Shown here: piece by piece, positions 1 through 9,842 of the stretch
Layout of the letters: the number at the start of each line of letters is the position of its first letter
How positions within the stretch are numbered: the stretch's first letter is position 1
Source of the DNA: Candidatus Heimdallarchaeota archaeon
GTDB taxonomy: Archaea; Asgardarchaeota; Heimdallarchaeia; Heimdallarchaeales; Heimdallarchaeaceae
Direction of reading: 5' to 3'
NCBI GenBank assembly: GCA_023705985.1
Contig: BPTO01000004.1
Coordinates: 4,275 to 36,274 of the forward strand
Length of the DNA: 32,000 nucleotides
Made by a program: the position numbers and the translations under genes
Notes under the pieces: generated by a model
Told to the model about the DNA's origin: nothing
Seen by the model: only the letters and a program-made list of their open reading frames with translations
The model's database searches: none

Positions 1-61
1 CAATAAAAAGTTTCGCAAATAGAATGCAAAGCTTCATTTATTTCTGAATCATATATAAAAT

Positions 62-535
62 ATGACTTGTGAAGAGTATAGTAAAATCGTCTTTAATAAT
101 TCACTAGACGATGAAAATCGAAAAAAAGCTCTTCAAGAATTAATTAAACACGGATGCCTAAATGCACTATTTAGTCTTGTAAGAAGACCCACAATGGATC
201 GATGGGTAAGAAATTATTCCTTACTAGCTTTAGTTAAATTTTCAGGTTTGAGTTTACATAGTAGGAATATTGCATTTACATTACAAAATAATGAAATCTT
301 ATTGAATATTGATTTGAATACAAAGAAACTTAGAGAAGAAGCAGCAAGATTCCTTTTTGTGACTGTTGTTACCACAACTAGGTTAACCAAAACAAGGAAA
401 ATAGCTCTAATGGGGTTAATAGCGGGAGGTCACTGGCAATACTGTGATGAACTATTAGCAGATAAAAGCATAGATGATTGGATAAGATTGAAAATCAAAA
501 AAGCATCAAAGAGGAAGAAAAGTAAATCAAAATAA
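62..535 (+). CDS. hypothetical protein, possibly a HEAT/ARM-like helical repeat protein with a Lys-rich tail
   Basis: 157-aa ORF with an ATG start. Two segments of the type xxRKxALxxLIxxG (ENRKKALQELIKHG, TKTRKIALMGLIAGG) resemble HEAT-type repeats. The C-terminus is KKASKRKKSKSK. No family was recognised with certainty. Confidence 0.4.
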   Translation: MTCEEYSKIVFNNSLDDENRKKALQELIKHGCLNALFSLVRRPTMDRWVRNYSLLALVKFSGLSLHSRNIAFTLQNNEILLNIDLNTKKLREEAARFLFVTVVTTTRLTKTRKIALMGLIAGGHWQYCDELLADKSIDDWIRLKIKKASKRKKSKSK

Positions 536-563
536 CTTAACACTTTGAGTTCAATATGATTTT

Positions 564-971
564 TTAAATTTGGTAACTGACAACATAGCCTTCTGCTTCT
601 AGCACATCTTTATAGTTAGTTAAAGTAGCATTACGCAAGAAAATTGTTGTTTGTTCATCTACGACTTCAAATAATAAATCATTCAATGTTGTGATAAAAT
701 AAATAAAGATTTTATCAAAGGCTTTCATCCTTTCATTAACATGAATAAATTTGAAATTATTCAATCTTTGCCTTTCCTCAATTTCCCATTCCCTACTTGC
801 TTTTAAAAGAATAGCATATATCAAATCTCTATCAAGTAAAGGTATAGCTGAGAGTACACACTCTGTTAATTTAGCCAAAATATCAGCTTTTACTTTATCA
901 GGTATGAGATTCCTTGTGCTGATTTTTAAAATGTTGACTTTATCTTTGTCACAATCAAACTTTTGACTCAT
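564..971 (-). CDS. hypothetical protein
   Basis: 135-aa ORF with an ATG start. It fills the gap between flanking genes. No recognisable motif. Confidence 0.4.
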   Translation of the reverse strand: MSQKFDCDKDKVNILKISTRNLIPDKVKADILAKLTECVLSAIPLLDRDLIYAILLKASREWEIEERQRLNNFKFIHVNERMKAFDKIFIYFITTLNDLLFEVVDEQTTIFLRNATLTNYKDVLEAEGYVVSYQI

Positions 972-1162
972 TCTTAATATATGATTATTTAGTTATCTAT
1001 AAATCTTTTTTCAATAAATTTTTTAAATCGTGATTTTCTGAAGAATCACTCTATAATGAGAAATAGTTCTAACAAAATTGTAATTATTCAGCTAACTTCC
1101 AAAATAATTTAATGAATTCATTGCCAAAAAAATATATATAGCTCCAAAAGTAGATTATAATA

Positions 1163-1708
1163 ATGTATTTTCCTAAAACAGGACATTACACAGAACAAGT
1201 TTTTAAAATAGTAAAAGAACGCTGGAAGGTGGGGGATGTTGAAAAAATCATTATTGCTACAACATCAGGATCAACAGCGATTAAGGCAGTGAATTTTTTT
1301 CCTGTAGACGATTTAGTTATTGTTACTCATCAAGCAGGCTTTAAAGATCCAGGTGAACTAGAAATAAGTTATGAGGCTCTTGAAGAATTACACAATAAGG
1401 GAGTCAGCGTAGTAACAGCAACTCATGCTTTAGCTGGTATTGACAGAGCTATACGTAAAAAGCATGGAACATGGGAAATTAGTGAGATAATAGCTGATGC
1501 TTTTAGGATTTTTGGTCAAGGAACAAAAGTGTGTGTGGAGATTGTCTTAATGGCAGCAGATGCAGGTGCTATTAAGTTAAGAGATGTAATTGCAATTGGA
1601 GGAACAGGGAGAGGAGCAGATACAGCGTGGTTAATAAAAGCTGCACACAGCCATATGTTCTTTGATTTAAGAATGAAAGAACTTCTATGCAAACCAAAAG
1701 AAACATGA
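1163..1708 (+). CDS. pyruvate kinase C-terminal (alpha/beta) domain-like protein, archaeal uncharacterised family
   Basis: 181 aa. The pattern IIATTSGSTAIKA...VIVTHQAGF...GQGTKVCVEIVLMAADAG...IGGTGRGADTA...CKP matches, from memory, the stand-alone archaeal PK_C-like proteins. The stop codon lies 1 nt before the next ORF's ATG. Confidence 0.65.
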   Translation: MYFPKTGHYTEQVFKIVKERWKVGDVEKIIIATTSGSTAIKAVNFFPVDDLVIVTHQAGFKDPGELEISYEALEELHNKGVSVVTATHALAGIDRAIRKKHGTWEISEIIADAFRIFGQGTKVCVEIVLMAADAGAIKLRDVIAIGGTGRGADTAWLIKAAHSHMFFDLRMKELLCKPKET

Positions 1709-1709
1709 A

Positions 1710-2417
1710 ATGGTGCTGGAAATGCTTTTTGATCCAACTACGATAGATTGGGTTTTCGTTATAGTGGTGAATATAGCCCTATTTGCTAGTTTTTACGTCC
1801 CTTTTTTTTTAAGAGTTTTAAAATTTGGTGAGTGGCAGAGAAGAAAAATAGGTCATATTGTTTTACATACCACTTTAGCAATTTTTCCTGTCTTTTTGCA
1901 GAATTTATTTGATTTGTTAATATGTTTAACTATAATGGGAGTAATAGTCATTATAATTTCATTTATTCCACAGATAAGATTTACCCAAAGAATAATTGAA
2001 TATACTACAAGAAGTGGTGAGTCGAAAAAAGGAATGAGTTTGAATGCTGCACTAACAGCTACAACAGTATTTGTGTTACTAATAATATTCATTGATCAAT
2101 TACATATATATACAGGAGCTGTACTTGCCCTTAGTTTAGGAGATGGGTTAGGTGAGATGATAGGAAGGCCTTTTGGGAGAATAAAATATAAAATCATTGA
2201 AGAAAAAAGTTTAGAGGGTTCACTTAGCGTTTTCATCGGTATTTTTATTGGATTGTTGATAGGTTTTGCTGCTAACTCCGTGTTTTACCAAATCATTTAC
2301 TGGAAAATTTTAGTAATTAGTATAGTGGGAACGATTATTGAAGCTCTTAATTACAAGTTTATTGATAATTTTACCGTACCAACATCGGTAGCATTATTGT
2401 TATTTCTATTATTTTAG
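1710..2417 (+). CDS. polyprenol/dolichol kinase-family (CTP-dependent, CdsA-superfamily) integral membrane protein
   Basis: 235 aa with multiple hydrophobic helices. The motif GDGLGEMIGRPFGRIKY...KSLEGSLSVF resembles the dolichol/phytol kinase signature GDxxAxxxGxxxGxxK...K(S/T)xEGS. Confidence 0.55.
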   Translation: MVLEMLFDPTTIDWVFVIVVNIALFASFYVPFFLRVLKFGEWQRRKIGHIVLHTTLAIFPVFLQNLFDLLICLTIMGVIVIIISFIPQIRFTQRIIEYTTRSGESKKGMSLNAALTATTVFVLLIIFIDQLHIYTGAVLALSLGDGLGEMIGRPFGRIKYKIIEEKSLEGSLSVFIGIFIGLLIGFAANSVFYQIIYWKILVISIVGTIIEALNYKFIDNFTVPTSVALLLFLLF

Positions 2418-2476
2418 TAATAAAAGTATAAAAAAGAATTAGAAAAAGAATAATAAAAAGAAAATAAGGAAATATC

Positions 2477-3454
2477 TTACTCTATTTGTTCTGGCCATCC
2501 TTCATCTTTATACCAGTAAGGTTTACGTATCATACCAAAAGAATTATGTGCAGCGATAGCTCCTTGGGCTACAGCAATAACTATTAGTTGATATTGGGTT
2601 GCTATATCACCTATTGCAAAAACCCCTGGTACATTAGTACGCATTTCTTTGTCGACTTTAATGTATTTCCCTTCTGTTTGTAAACCCAAATCAGAGAATA
2701 TGTCTAGATTCGTCGACATACCTACTGCTAAGATACACTTATCAATTTCAATTTCTCTTTTCAAGTGAGTATTGACATCTTCTAAAACGGCAGCTTCAAG
2801 CATTTTTTCGCCTTTAAGTTCATGAATTTGGCTGTTGTAAATTATCTCAGCAAGTTTCTCTTTGACAATTAGATTAACTTTTGTTTCAGCAGCTCTGAAA
2901 CTACCACGTCTATGAACGAGATATATTTGTTTAGCTTTATCTTTGATTTCATGAACCGCATCTATGGCAGTATCACCACCACCTACAACAAGAACATTGC
3001 AACCCTTAAACCTGTCAGGATCAGTAACGAAATTGTATACTCCTCTGTCTTTGATTTTAAATTTTCTTTCTCCAGTAATACCAAGTTCAGCAGGTTGGGA
3101 ACCAGTAGCAATTATTATGCTTCGAAACTTATATCGACCTTCATTAGTAATCACTATAAGATCATCACCTTTTTTTTCGACATTAATAACTCGCTCATTG
3201 ATCATCTCAGCTTGGACTTCACGAGATTGAATTACAAATTCATCTATTAAGCGTTTACCGAGTATACTCGGAGCACCAGGGTAGTTCTCAACAATTTTTC
3301 TGCTATATAATGTAGAAACGATACCACCGTATCTTCCCCCTTCAAACATCTTAACTTTGAGTCCTTTGTATGATCCAATAATAGCAGCGCCTAACCCTCC
3401 AACACCTCCACCAATAACTCCTAAATCGCCATGATAGGCTTCTTCGGACGACAT
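2477..3454 (-). CDS. thioredoxin-reductase-like FAD/NAD(P)H flavoprotein lacking the CxxC redox centre (TrxR-type ferredoxin-NADP reductase-like)
   Basis: 325 aa. It has the FAD GxGxxG motif (GVIGGGVGGLGAA), a second Rossmann motif (VLVVGGGDTAIDAV), ENYPG, and the C-terminal GVFAIGD. Where TrxR carries C-A-T/V-C, this protein reads GVYNFVTDPDRFKG. Confidence 0.8.
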   Translation of the reverse strand: MSSEEAYHGDLGVIGGGVGGLGAAIIGSYKGLKVKMFEGGRYGGIVSTLYSRKIVENYPGAPSILGKRLIDEFVIQSREVQAEMINERVINVEKKGDDLIVITNEGRYKFRSIIIATGSQPAELGITGERKFKIKDRGVYNFVTDPDRFKGCNVLVVGGGDTAIDAVHEIKDKAKQIYLVHRRGSFRAAETKVNLIVKEKLAEIIYNSQIHELKGEKMLEAAVLEDVNTHLKREIEIDKCILAVGMSTNLDIFSDLGLQTEGKYIKVDKEMRTNVPGVFAIGDIATQYQLIVIAVAQGAIAAHNSFGMIRKPYWYKDEGWPEQIE

Positions 3455-3549
3455 AATATTCGCTAAAATTACTTACTAATATGTCTTTTGCATCCTATAC
3501 TAGCAAGATTATTCATTGAAAGATCATTTAAAAACATTAAAAGGTACCT

Positions 3550-4926
3550 TTAGTCCCCCTTTATAGGGTTCTGGAGTTTAATGATGAATTTTTTTATAAT
3601 CATTAAAGCTTTGCAATCGTCTGAATTATATAGAATAGCTCTACGTAATGCTTTTTGATCACCGTAATTATACCATTTGTCAAATAAAACAATACTTGTA
3701 GCTCCATCAGATAAAGGTTCATCCCATTGAAAGCCTATGTAGTTCGCTACTTCTTTTAAAGTATAAGAACTGATAGGTAAAATTATCTTTTCTTTGAAAA
3801 TCTTGAAAAGATCAAGAGAATTGTCAAGAATCGCTTTAAGGCTAGAAAATGGGATAGCATGCTTTTTTGTGAGATTTCGAAAATATTGGGGTTCTGCTTG
3901 TGACCAGTGATAAAGGATGTAATTATTATCATATTCTTTTAAGAACTCTAAGAAAGATTCAAACATACTTTGTTCTTCTTTAGGTGATTTAGCTAAGAAA
4001 TTTTTGTGTTCAACATTGCCCTTTTCCTTTACTAAACAGCCTATCATCCACACAAAATCTTGATATGGTGATCCTTCTATGTCGACATATAATTCGGTTG
4101 TTTTTTCAGGAAATTGTATGGATTCTCGAATTATATTCTCATCATTTACGAAAGAACGTGCTTGGAGTTGGATATATTCTAGATGTTTTTTACTTGTAAA
4201 TTCAAGATTAGTATTCTCAAGATTTGCAGAAGCTAATTCAGAAACAGAGTTGATGTTTAATTTTTTTAACTCGCTTTTAATCCTTTTTCCAATGCCACTG
4301 ATTAAAGTTAAATCACCTGTTACTTTGGCAAGGTTCTTGCAGTATTGCTTCCATTCACATATTTTGCAATCTCGAGTATAGTTAGGTGTCGGAATTGTAA
4401 CTTTATTAACAATATTCGATATCAGAAGAAGATCTTGCTCTAAAACATCAAGTTGGTCTTCAACATCAATTTGGAGTTGTTCATCCTTTGTTTTCACTAA
4501 GAAATAATCTATTTCTGTTCCTTGCATTTCTGAACAAATTAATGTCAAAAAAACTCCTTCCATAACAAAATACTTCTTTAATCGCAGATTCTTCCTGTAA
4601 AATAAAGGAACATACGCAAAAGAATCGAAACTACTTTCTTTCGAAACTTTAACTAATTGTTCAGTTTTTGCTACATAGTTATCTGAACCTATCCAACTGT
4701 GGTTTAGAACGTTAACACCTGTTTGCATTTTCGAAAAAGTTTGGCGAATATTCTTATGAATTGTAAGTTCGTCTGGTAAATTATGCAGATGCTTTTTTGA
4801 TCTTGATTGAATTAACGGATGGACTCTTTTCTCTTCCTGAGGACCATACTTTGAAAGATAGAGAAGCATGGGACATCTGTAAAACAATCTTACATCGAAG
4901 TTAGTAATCAATATAAGAAAACTCAA
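3550..4926 (-). CDS. TM0106-family RecB/Cas4-like PD-(D/E)xK nuclease fused to a YprB-type RNase H-like exonuclease domain
   Basis: 458 aa with a TTG start in the ORF track. It has an N-terminal Cys (FYRCPMLLYL) plus a CKICEWKQYC cluster of the Cas4-type 4-Cys kind. A helix-hairpin-helix follows (LISGIGKRIKSEL). The C-terminal part reads LYVDIEGSP...YHWSQAEPQYF...YNSDDCKAL, typical of the RNase H-like 3'-5' exonuclease fold. Confidence 0.65.
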   Translation of the reverse strand: MSFLILITNFDVRLFYRCPMLLYLSKYGPQEEKRVHPLIQSRSKKHLHNLPDELTIHKNIRQTFSKMQTGVNVLNHSWIGSDNYVAKTEQLVKVSKESSFDSFAYVPLFYRKNLRLKKYFVMEGVFLTLICSEMQGTEIDYFLVKTKDEQLQIDVEDQLDVLEQDLLLISNIVNKVTIPTPNYTRDCKICEWKQYCKNLAKVTGDLTLISGIGKRIKSELKKLNINSVSELASANLENTNLEFTSKKHLEYIQLQARSFVNDENIIRESIQFPEKTTELYVDIEGSPYQDFVWMIGCLVKEKGNVEHKNFLAKSPKEEQSMFESFLEFLKEYDNNYILYHWSQAEPQYFRNLTKKHAIPFSSLKAILDNSLDLFKIFKEKIILPISSYTLKEVANYIGFQWDEPLSDGATSIVLFDKWYNYGDQKALRRAILYNSDDCKALMIIKKFIIKLQNPIKGD

Positions 4927-5056
4927 AAAAAGTCTTCTAAAAGGTTTTGATTGATTTTCAGGAAATTCTTAGTTTGAAGACATTTTTGTGTTCGGTCAAT
5001 TAAATTGTCGAAGAAAGAAAGTTTTTAACGCATTTGGAAAACTGTCTGAATGTCAA

Positions 5057-7009
5057 ATGTTAGACCCAAATAACCTTGATTTCGAACAACTTGGATTTCA
5101 AGCAGGAATAGAAGTTCATCATCAAATAAAGTCCAAAAGAAAACTTTTCTGCTACTGTCCTCTAATCTTAGAAGATGACCCAGAGAATATGGATTATAGT
5201 TTTTACAGATACTTCCGACCAGTTTTAGGAGAAATGGGTGATTTTGATCCTGGTATGTTAGTTGAATTTGAGAAAGGTTACAAAGTCATTTATTACGCAT
5301 GTGAACGTAACACCTGTACTTATGAGATGGATGAAACACCACCATTTTCTCCTGATCCTGAGGCTATAATGAAAGGTTATATTCTTGCTGCTTATTTCAA
5401 TTGTACAGCTTTTGCTGAGGAGTTAGTAGTTAATCGAAAACAATATCTTGATGGTTCTATTACAACTGGCTTTCAGCGTACTTTCATTTCTGGTCGTGAT
5501 GGTTGGGTTCCTTTAGCTAATGGTAAAAAGGTTCGCATTTCTAATGTATATATTGAAGAAGATGCAGCTCGAAGAGTTAACTGGAAAGACACAGCAAATA
5601 GAACAGTCTATTTCAATCTTGATCGTCTAGGTTTTCCTTTGACTGAAATTATTACAGATCACTGTGATGTTAATACTCCTGAGGATTTATTAGAGGTAGC
5701 TAAACAAATTGGGCGTGTGCTTCGACTAAGCGGTATAGGTCGTAGAGGTTCAGGATCAGCTCGTCAAGACGTTAATATTAGCATTTCTGGTGGTGATCGT
5801 GTTGAGATTAAAGGTGTTCAAGATCTCAAATTGTTTGACAAGTTTTGTAGACACGAAGTCGTGCGTCAGCACGCTCTTATAGAAATAAAGGATGAAATGC
5901 ACAAAAGAGGAATCAAGAAAGAGGACTTTCAACATACTTATATTGATATTTCTCATCTTTTCGAGTTTGGAGTGAAGAAAAAGGTCTTCGCAACAATATT
6001 CCCCAATATGAAAAGCCTTTTTGATGTTGAGATTCAACCTAACAAAGATTTTGGACTTGACATTTTTGACAAGAGTATGTTAATATCTGGAGTACACCGA
6101 GAAGATCAATTTCACAGTGATGAACTAGAATCTAATGCAGTAAGAAAGCGCTCAAAATACCCTTCTAGTTTTAAAATCAATGATGAAAAATACCAACAAA
6201 TCTGTTCGATTTTAAAACCTAAATCAAATGATGCTTTTATTCTTACTGCTGGTCCAGAGAAAAAAGCTATACATGCTTTAAAGAAGATAGTTGAAAGAGT
6301 AAAGATGGCACTAGATGGTGTTCCTCAAGAAACCAGAAGACTCTTACCAGATGGGAATACGGAATTTCTACGAGTTATTCATGGAAAGGAAAGAATTTAC
6401 CCTGATACTGATACACCACCAATTGTAATTTCTCTTGAAAAAATAAATGAATACAGGAAAATGATAGGAAAAAGACCATGGGAGGTTTTCGAGGAATTGA
6501 ATAGCAAATACAATTTTACTCAAAATAAGGTTGATCTTCTAATTAGAGATGAGCAACTAAAGAGATTTTACTCTTTAACTGAAAATCGGAAGATAAATGG
6601 TCATCTAGCATATAGACTTCTTATTGATATTCCAAGAGAATGGAGAAGAAAAGGATTAGAAGTATCTAATGAACTGATAGAAAAGATTGCTAATGCAATA
6701 TCGGAAAAGATTCTAATCGCACAACAAATCAATAATGTTCTTAACAAAACAGCTGAAAATCCTGAAAAATCTTTTAAAGAGATTTTAGATGAAATCAAAT
6801 CAGTTAAACCTTCTGACAAAGAAATAGAAGAGTTTATACTTTCATTTCTAAGCAAGTATAATTTGGAATCTTTAAAAATTAATAAAATAAACCAGAAAAT
6901 AGCTGTAACTAAGATAACTGGTTTTGTTTTAGAGAAAAGCAACTACTCACGGGAAGGGAAATATATAGCAGAAAAAGTAATTGATCTAATAAAGCAAGAG
7001 GTAGTATAA
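5057..7009 (+). CDS. gatE: Glu-tRNA(Gln) amidotransferase subunit E
   Basis: The N-terminus LGFQAGIEVHHQI...KLFCYCP is the GatE/GatB signature, and the length is in the range I expect for GatE. I prefer the ATG at 5057 over the GTG at 4988 used by the ORF track, because the conserved region begins just after 5057. Confidence 0.9.
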   Translation: MLDPNNLDFEQLGFQAGIEVHHQIKSKRKLFCYCPLILEDDPENMDYSFYRYFRPVLGEMGDFDPGMLVEFEKGYKVIYYACERNTCTYEMDETPPFSPDPEAIMKGYILAAYFNCTAFAEELVVNRKQYLDGSITTGFQRTFISGRDGWVPLANGKKVRISNVYIEEDAARRVNWKDTANRTVYFNLDRLGFPLTEIITDHCDVNTPEDLLEVAKQIGRVLRLSGIGRRGSGSARQDVNISISGGDRVEIKGVQDLKLFDKFCRHEVVRQHALIEIKDEMHKRGIKKEDFQHTYIDISHLFEFGVKKKVFATIFPNMKSLFDVEIQPNKDFGLDIFDKSMLISGVHREDQFHSDELESNAVRKRSKYPSSFKINDEKYQQICSILKPKSNDAFILTAGPEKKAIHALKKIVERVKMALDGVPQETRRLLPDGNTEFLRVIHGKERIYPDTDTPPIVISLEKINEYRKMIGKRPWEVFEELNSKYNFTQNKVDLLIRDEQLKRFYSLTENRKINGHLAYRLLIDIPREWRRKGLEVSNELIEKIANAISEKILIAQQINNVLNKTAENPEKSFKEILDEIKSVKPSDKEIEEFILSFLSKYNLESLKINKINQKIAVTKITGFVLEKSNYSREGKYIAEKVIDLIKQEVV

Positions 7010-8392
7010 ATGAGCCAAAACAACGACCCTGAAGGATATCGAGGAGAACTTAGAGAAAGATTAATACGCGAGCATATCCGCACATGGAGTAAAGTAAAAG
7101 TAAAAAAAGATAACGCAATCTATGAAGGCCTTCTGCTCCCTAGAAGTGTACACACAGATGATGATTATATTACTTTAAAAGTTGATACAGGCTACAATTT
7201 GGGAATATTAGTTAATGATGCAACTATAATTGAAGAAATAGGATATCAAAAAGGAAATTACAAACTACCTCACGTTGATGTTGAATTTAAAGAAGAATTA
7301 CCTAATGTCACACTTCTCGGTACAGGTGGTACTGTAGCTTCTAGATTAGATTACAGAACAGGAGCTGTTCTCCCTGCATTCACACCAGAGGAACTTTTTT
7401 CAGCAGTTCCAGAGCTATCTTCAATAGTAAATTTAACCCCAAAGACACTTTATGAAATTTTAAGTGAAAATTTCCGTCCTGAATATTGGGTAAAAACAGC
7501 TGAATCAATAGCTAAAGAAATTGAAAGCGGTGCAGAGGGTATCATAATAGGCCATGGAACAGATACTATGTGTGTAACAGGAGCAGCTTTATCCTATTTT
7601 TTGAGAAACTTACCAGTTCCAGTTGTTTTAGTAGGCAGTCAAAGAAGCTCTGATCGACCTTCATCAGATGGAGCTAGAAATATTCTATATTCTGCCCAAC
7701 TTGCAGGATACGAGAATTTTGCTGAAGTAGTCATCAATATGCACGGTGGAACAAGTGACAGTTATAATCTAATTCATCGTGCTACTCGTTGTAGAAAAAT
7801 GCACTCATCACGAAGAGACACTTTTAGAACACTGAGTGATATACCTCTTGGAAAAATAGACGACGAAGGTGTAACTTGGTTTAAGAAAGATGTAAAACCA
7901 AGAATACCCGTAGAAGACTTTCAACTGGATGTTGAAATTGATGACCGTGTAGGTGTATTATATTTTTACCCTGGCCAAAATCCCGATATGCTTGATTCTA
8001 TGGTTGACTTGGGTTACCACGGAATAGTTTTCATTGGAACAGGGTTAGGTCATGTAGGTACAGATGTTTATCCTGCTCTTGAAAGATGCCAAGAAGAAGA
8101 AATACCTGTTGTAATGGTTGTTGAACCATTGACTGGTTTTATTCAACTTCGAGTCTATGAAACAGGAAGAGATATGCTTGCCAGAGGAGTGATTGAAGGA
8201 GGAAACATGTTACCTTCTGCAGCTTATACCAAATTGATATGGGTGCTAGGTCATACAAGAGACATTAATGAAGTAGAAAGATTGATGCAAACTCCTGTAG
8301 CTGGGGAAATAACATATAGAGAAACTGTCAGAGGTTTCATGCATCTTCAAGGAGTTGAACCTGGAATAGATGAAATACTAAAGAATCTTTAG
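7010..8392 (+). CDS. gatD: Glu-tRNA(Gln) amidotransferase subunit D (asparaginase-like)
   Basis: 460 aa. The asparaginase motifs GTGGTVAS and HGTDTM are present. The ATG directly abuts the gatE stop codon (taaATG). Confidence 0.9.
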   Translation: MSQNNDPEGYRGELRERLIREHIRTWSKVKVKKDNAIYEGLLLPRSVHTDDDYITLKVDTGYNLGILVNDATIIEEIGYQKGNYKLPHVDVEFKEELPNVTLLGTGGTVASRLDYRTGAVLPAFTPEELFSAVPELSSIVNLTPKTLYEILSENFRPEYWVKTAESIAKEIESGAEGIIIGHGTDTMCVTGAALSYFLRNLPVPVVLVGSQRSSDRPSSDGARNILYSAQLAGYENFAEVVINMHGGTSDSYNLIHRATRCRKMHSSRRDTFRTLSDIPLGKIDDEGVTWFKKDVKPRIPVEDFQLDVEIDDRVGVLYFYPGQNPDMLDSMVDLGYHGIVFIGTGLGHVGTDVYPALERCQEEEIPVVMVVEPLTGFIQLRVYETGRDMLARGVIEGGNMLPSAAYTKLIWVLGHTRDINEVERLMQTPVAGEITYRETVRGFMHLQGVEPGIDEILKNL

Positions 8393-8607
8393 TTATAAAA
8401 CGTTCATTGTCATTGCTAATTAAAGCTTTTTCCCAAAAACACTCTACATTATTTCCACTGTTTTTCCTTTTCTTAATTTTTGTACTTTAATTATTATAAG
8501 GAGAAGATAAGATTTAAACAATTTTGGTTAGGAAGGATGTAAAAAAGGAAGGTTGAAGGTTTTACTCTTGTTATTACTTCTTTTCTATGCATTTTCTGAC
8601 AGCTGTT

Positions 8608-9729
8608 CTATTCTTTCTTTGTCTTCTTTGAGATTATCCTTGTGAGTATTAAGGGCACTACTAACATTAGGAGAGTAAACGTGAAGTTTAATTGAGATTC
8701 AACTGAATATTCATCAAGTTCATCAAGAGGATATAGATCTTCTGAACTTGCAGACCCATCAATAGAATAAGAACCTCTTCCTGACCAGTCTGACCAAAAA
8801 TTACCTTCATTGATGGAACTATCATACCAAAAGTTGTTAGTACCATTATCACAAGCTTGTGAAGTTCCTCCTAGATTATTGTCTACAAAGGCATTATGAT
8901 GAAAAAGACTATTATCAGAATCGGATCTCAAGTATACTCCATATTTTTCATTTTCTTGTAAAAGGTTGTAAGTAATGACACAAAAAGCAGAAAAGGCAAG
9001 ATAGATGCCGTCATCGCTATTGTTGTTGCAAGTGTTGTTGATAATAGTCGAACTACCAGAACCCGAAAGATAGAAGCCTCTCCTGTTATTGCTGCAAGTG
9101 TTGTTTGCAATGGTTGAACTACCAGACTCCTCAAGCACAATGCCTCCCCAGTTGATATTGGTGTTACAAGTGTTGTTTGCGACAGTAGAACTACCAGAAA
9201 AGGAAAGCATGATGCCGTAGTGGTAATTGCTGTGGCAAGTGTTGTTAGCTACAGTAGAACTACCGGAAAACCAAAGACAGAGACCATAGTAGTTATTGCG
9301 ACAAATGTTGTTGACTACAATAGAACCACCAGATTTGTGAAGCAAGATACCTTCCACGTTGTCGCTGCAAGTATTATTAATGACAGTTGCTGTTCCATCA
9401 GTTACATTATAGATATAAATGCCATACTTTACTGCGTCAATATAACAGTTACGAACAATGAAATATTTCGTTGTACCATTAATATAAATACCATTTAGAC
9501 TAGTTGATGTAATATTATATCCTTCAATAAGATAAGGATCTTCTTCCGTTCCTGTTCCTGAAAAAACTTCAAAATCACTATCATGTCTTATCTCAATAGG
9601 ATCATGAGGTGTCAACTCTAGCGAAGTAGTTTTGTTATTATTCTCTTCAGCAGTTATTTGTACATTGATATTTAATACGTAGATTGACAATATTAGTAGA
9701 AATAACAATAATATTGTTTTCTTTTTCAT
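8608..9729 (-). CDS. secreted/membrane-anchored right-handed parallel beta-helix (PbH1) repeat protein, NosD-like fold
   Basis: The start was chosen at the MKKKTILLLFLL signal-like segment (ATG 9729) rather than 9795. Tandem coils of about 22 aa carry five NNTC motifs plus one NNIC. The C-terminus is a hydrophobic helix plus a basic tail (LLMLVVPLILTRIISKKTKKE). It is a paralog of 25180..27018, sharing the N-terminal DPYxIEGY and C-terminal NxWYD..NEGNxWSDW modules. Confidence 0.75.
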   Translation of the reverse strand: MKKKTILLLFLLILSIYVLNINVQITAEENNNKTTSLELTPHDPIEIRHDSDFEVFSGTGTEEDPYLIEGYNITSTSLNGIYINGTTKYFIVRNCYIDAVKYGIYIYNVTDGTATVINNTCSDNVEGILLHKSGGSIVVNNICRNNYYGLCLWFSGSSTVANNTCHSNYHYGIMLSFSGSSTVANNTCNTNINWGGIVLEESGSSTIANNTCSNNRRGFYLSGSGSSTIINNTCNNNSDDGIYLAFSAFCVITYNLLQENEKYGVYLRSDSDNSLFHHNAFVDNNLGGTSQACDNGTNNFWYDSSINEGNFWSDWSGRGSYSIDGSASSEDLYPLDELDEYSVESQLNFTFTLLMLVVPLILTRIISKKTKKE

Positions 9730-9842
9730 TAAATCACACTTAATTAAACTCTTTATCGAATATATATCTTGTGCAATAGATTCTTCCAGAAACAATCTTA
9801 ACTAAAGTAATTTTCGATTTTATCAAAATTCTAATTGTATAT

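Noticed and set aside
4988-5056. N-terminal 23-aa extension of gatE from a GTG start
   Set aside because: Conserved GatE sequence begins right after the ATG at 5057, and the extension has no conserved character. It cannot be excluded without TSS or proteomic data.
8928-9498. ORFs 8928..9140 (minus, alternate frame) and 9220..9498 (plus)
   Set aside because: They are shadow ORFs inside the smaller beta-helix CDS and have low-complexity, repeat-driven translations.
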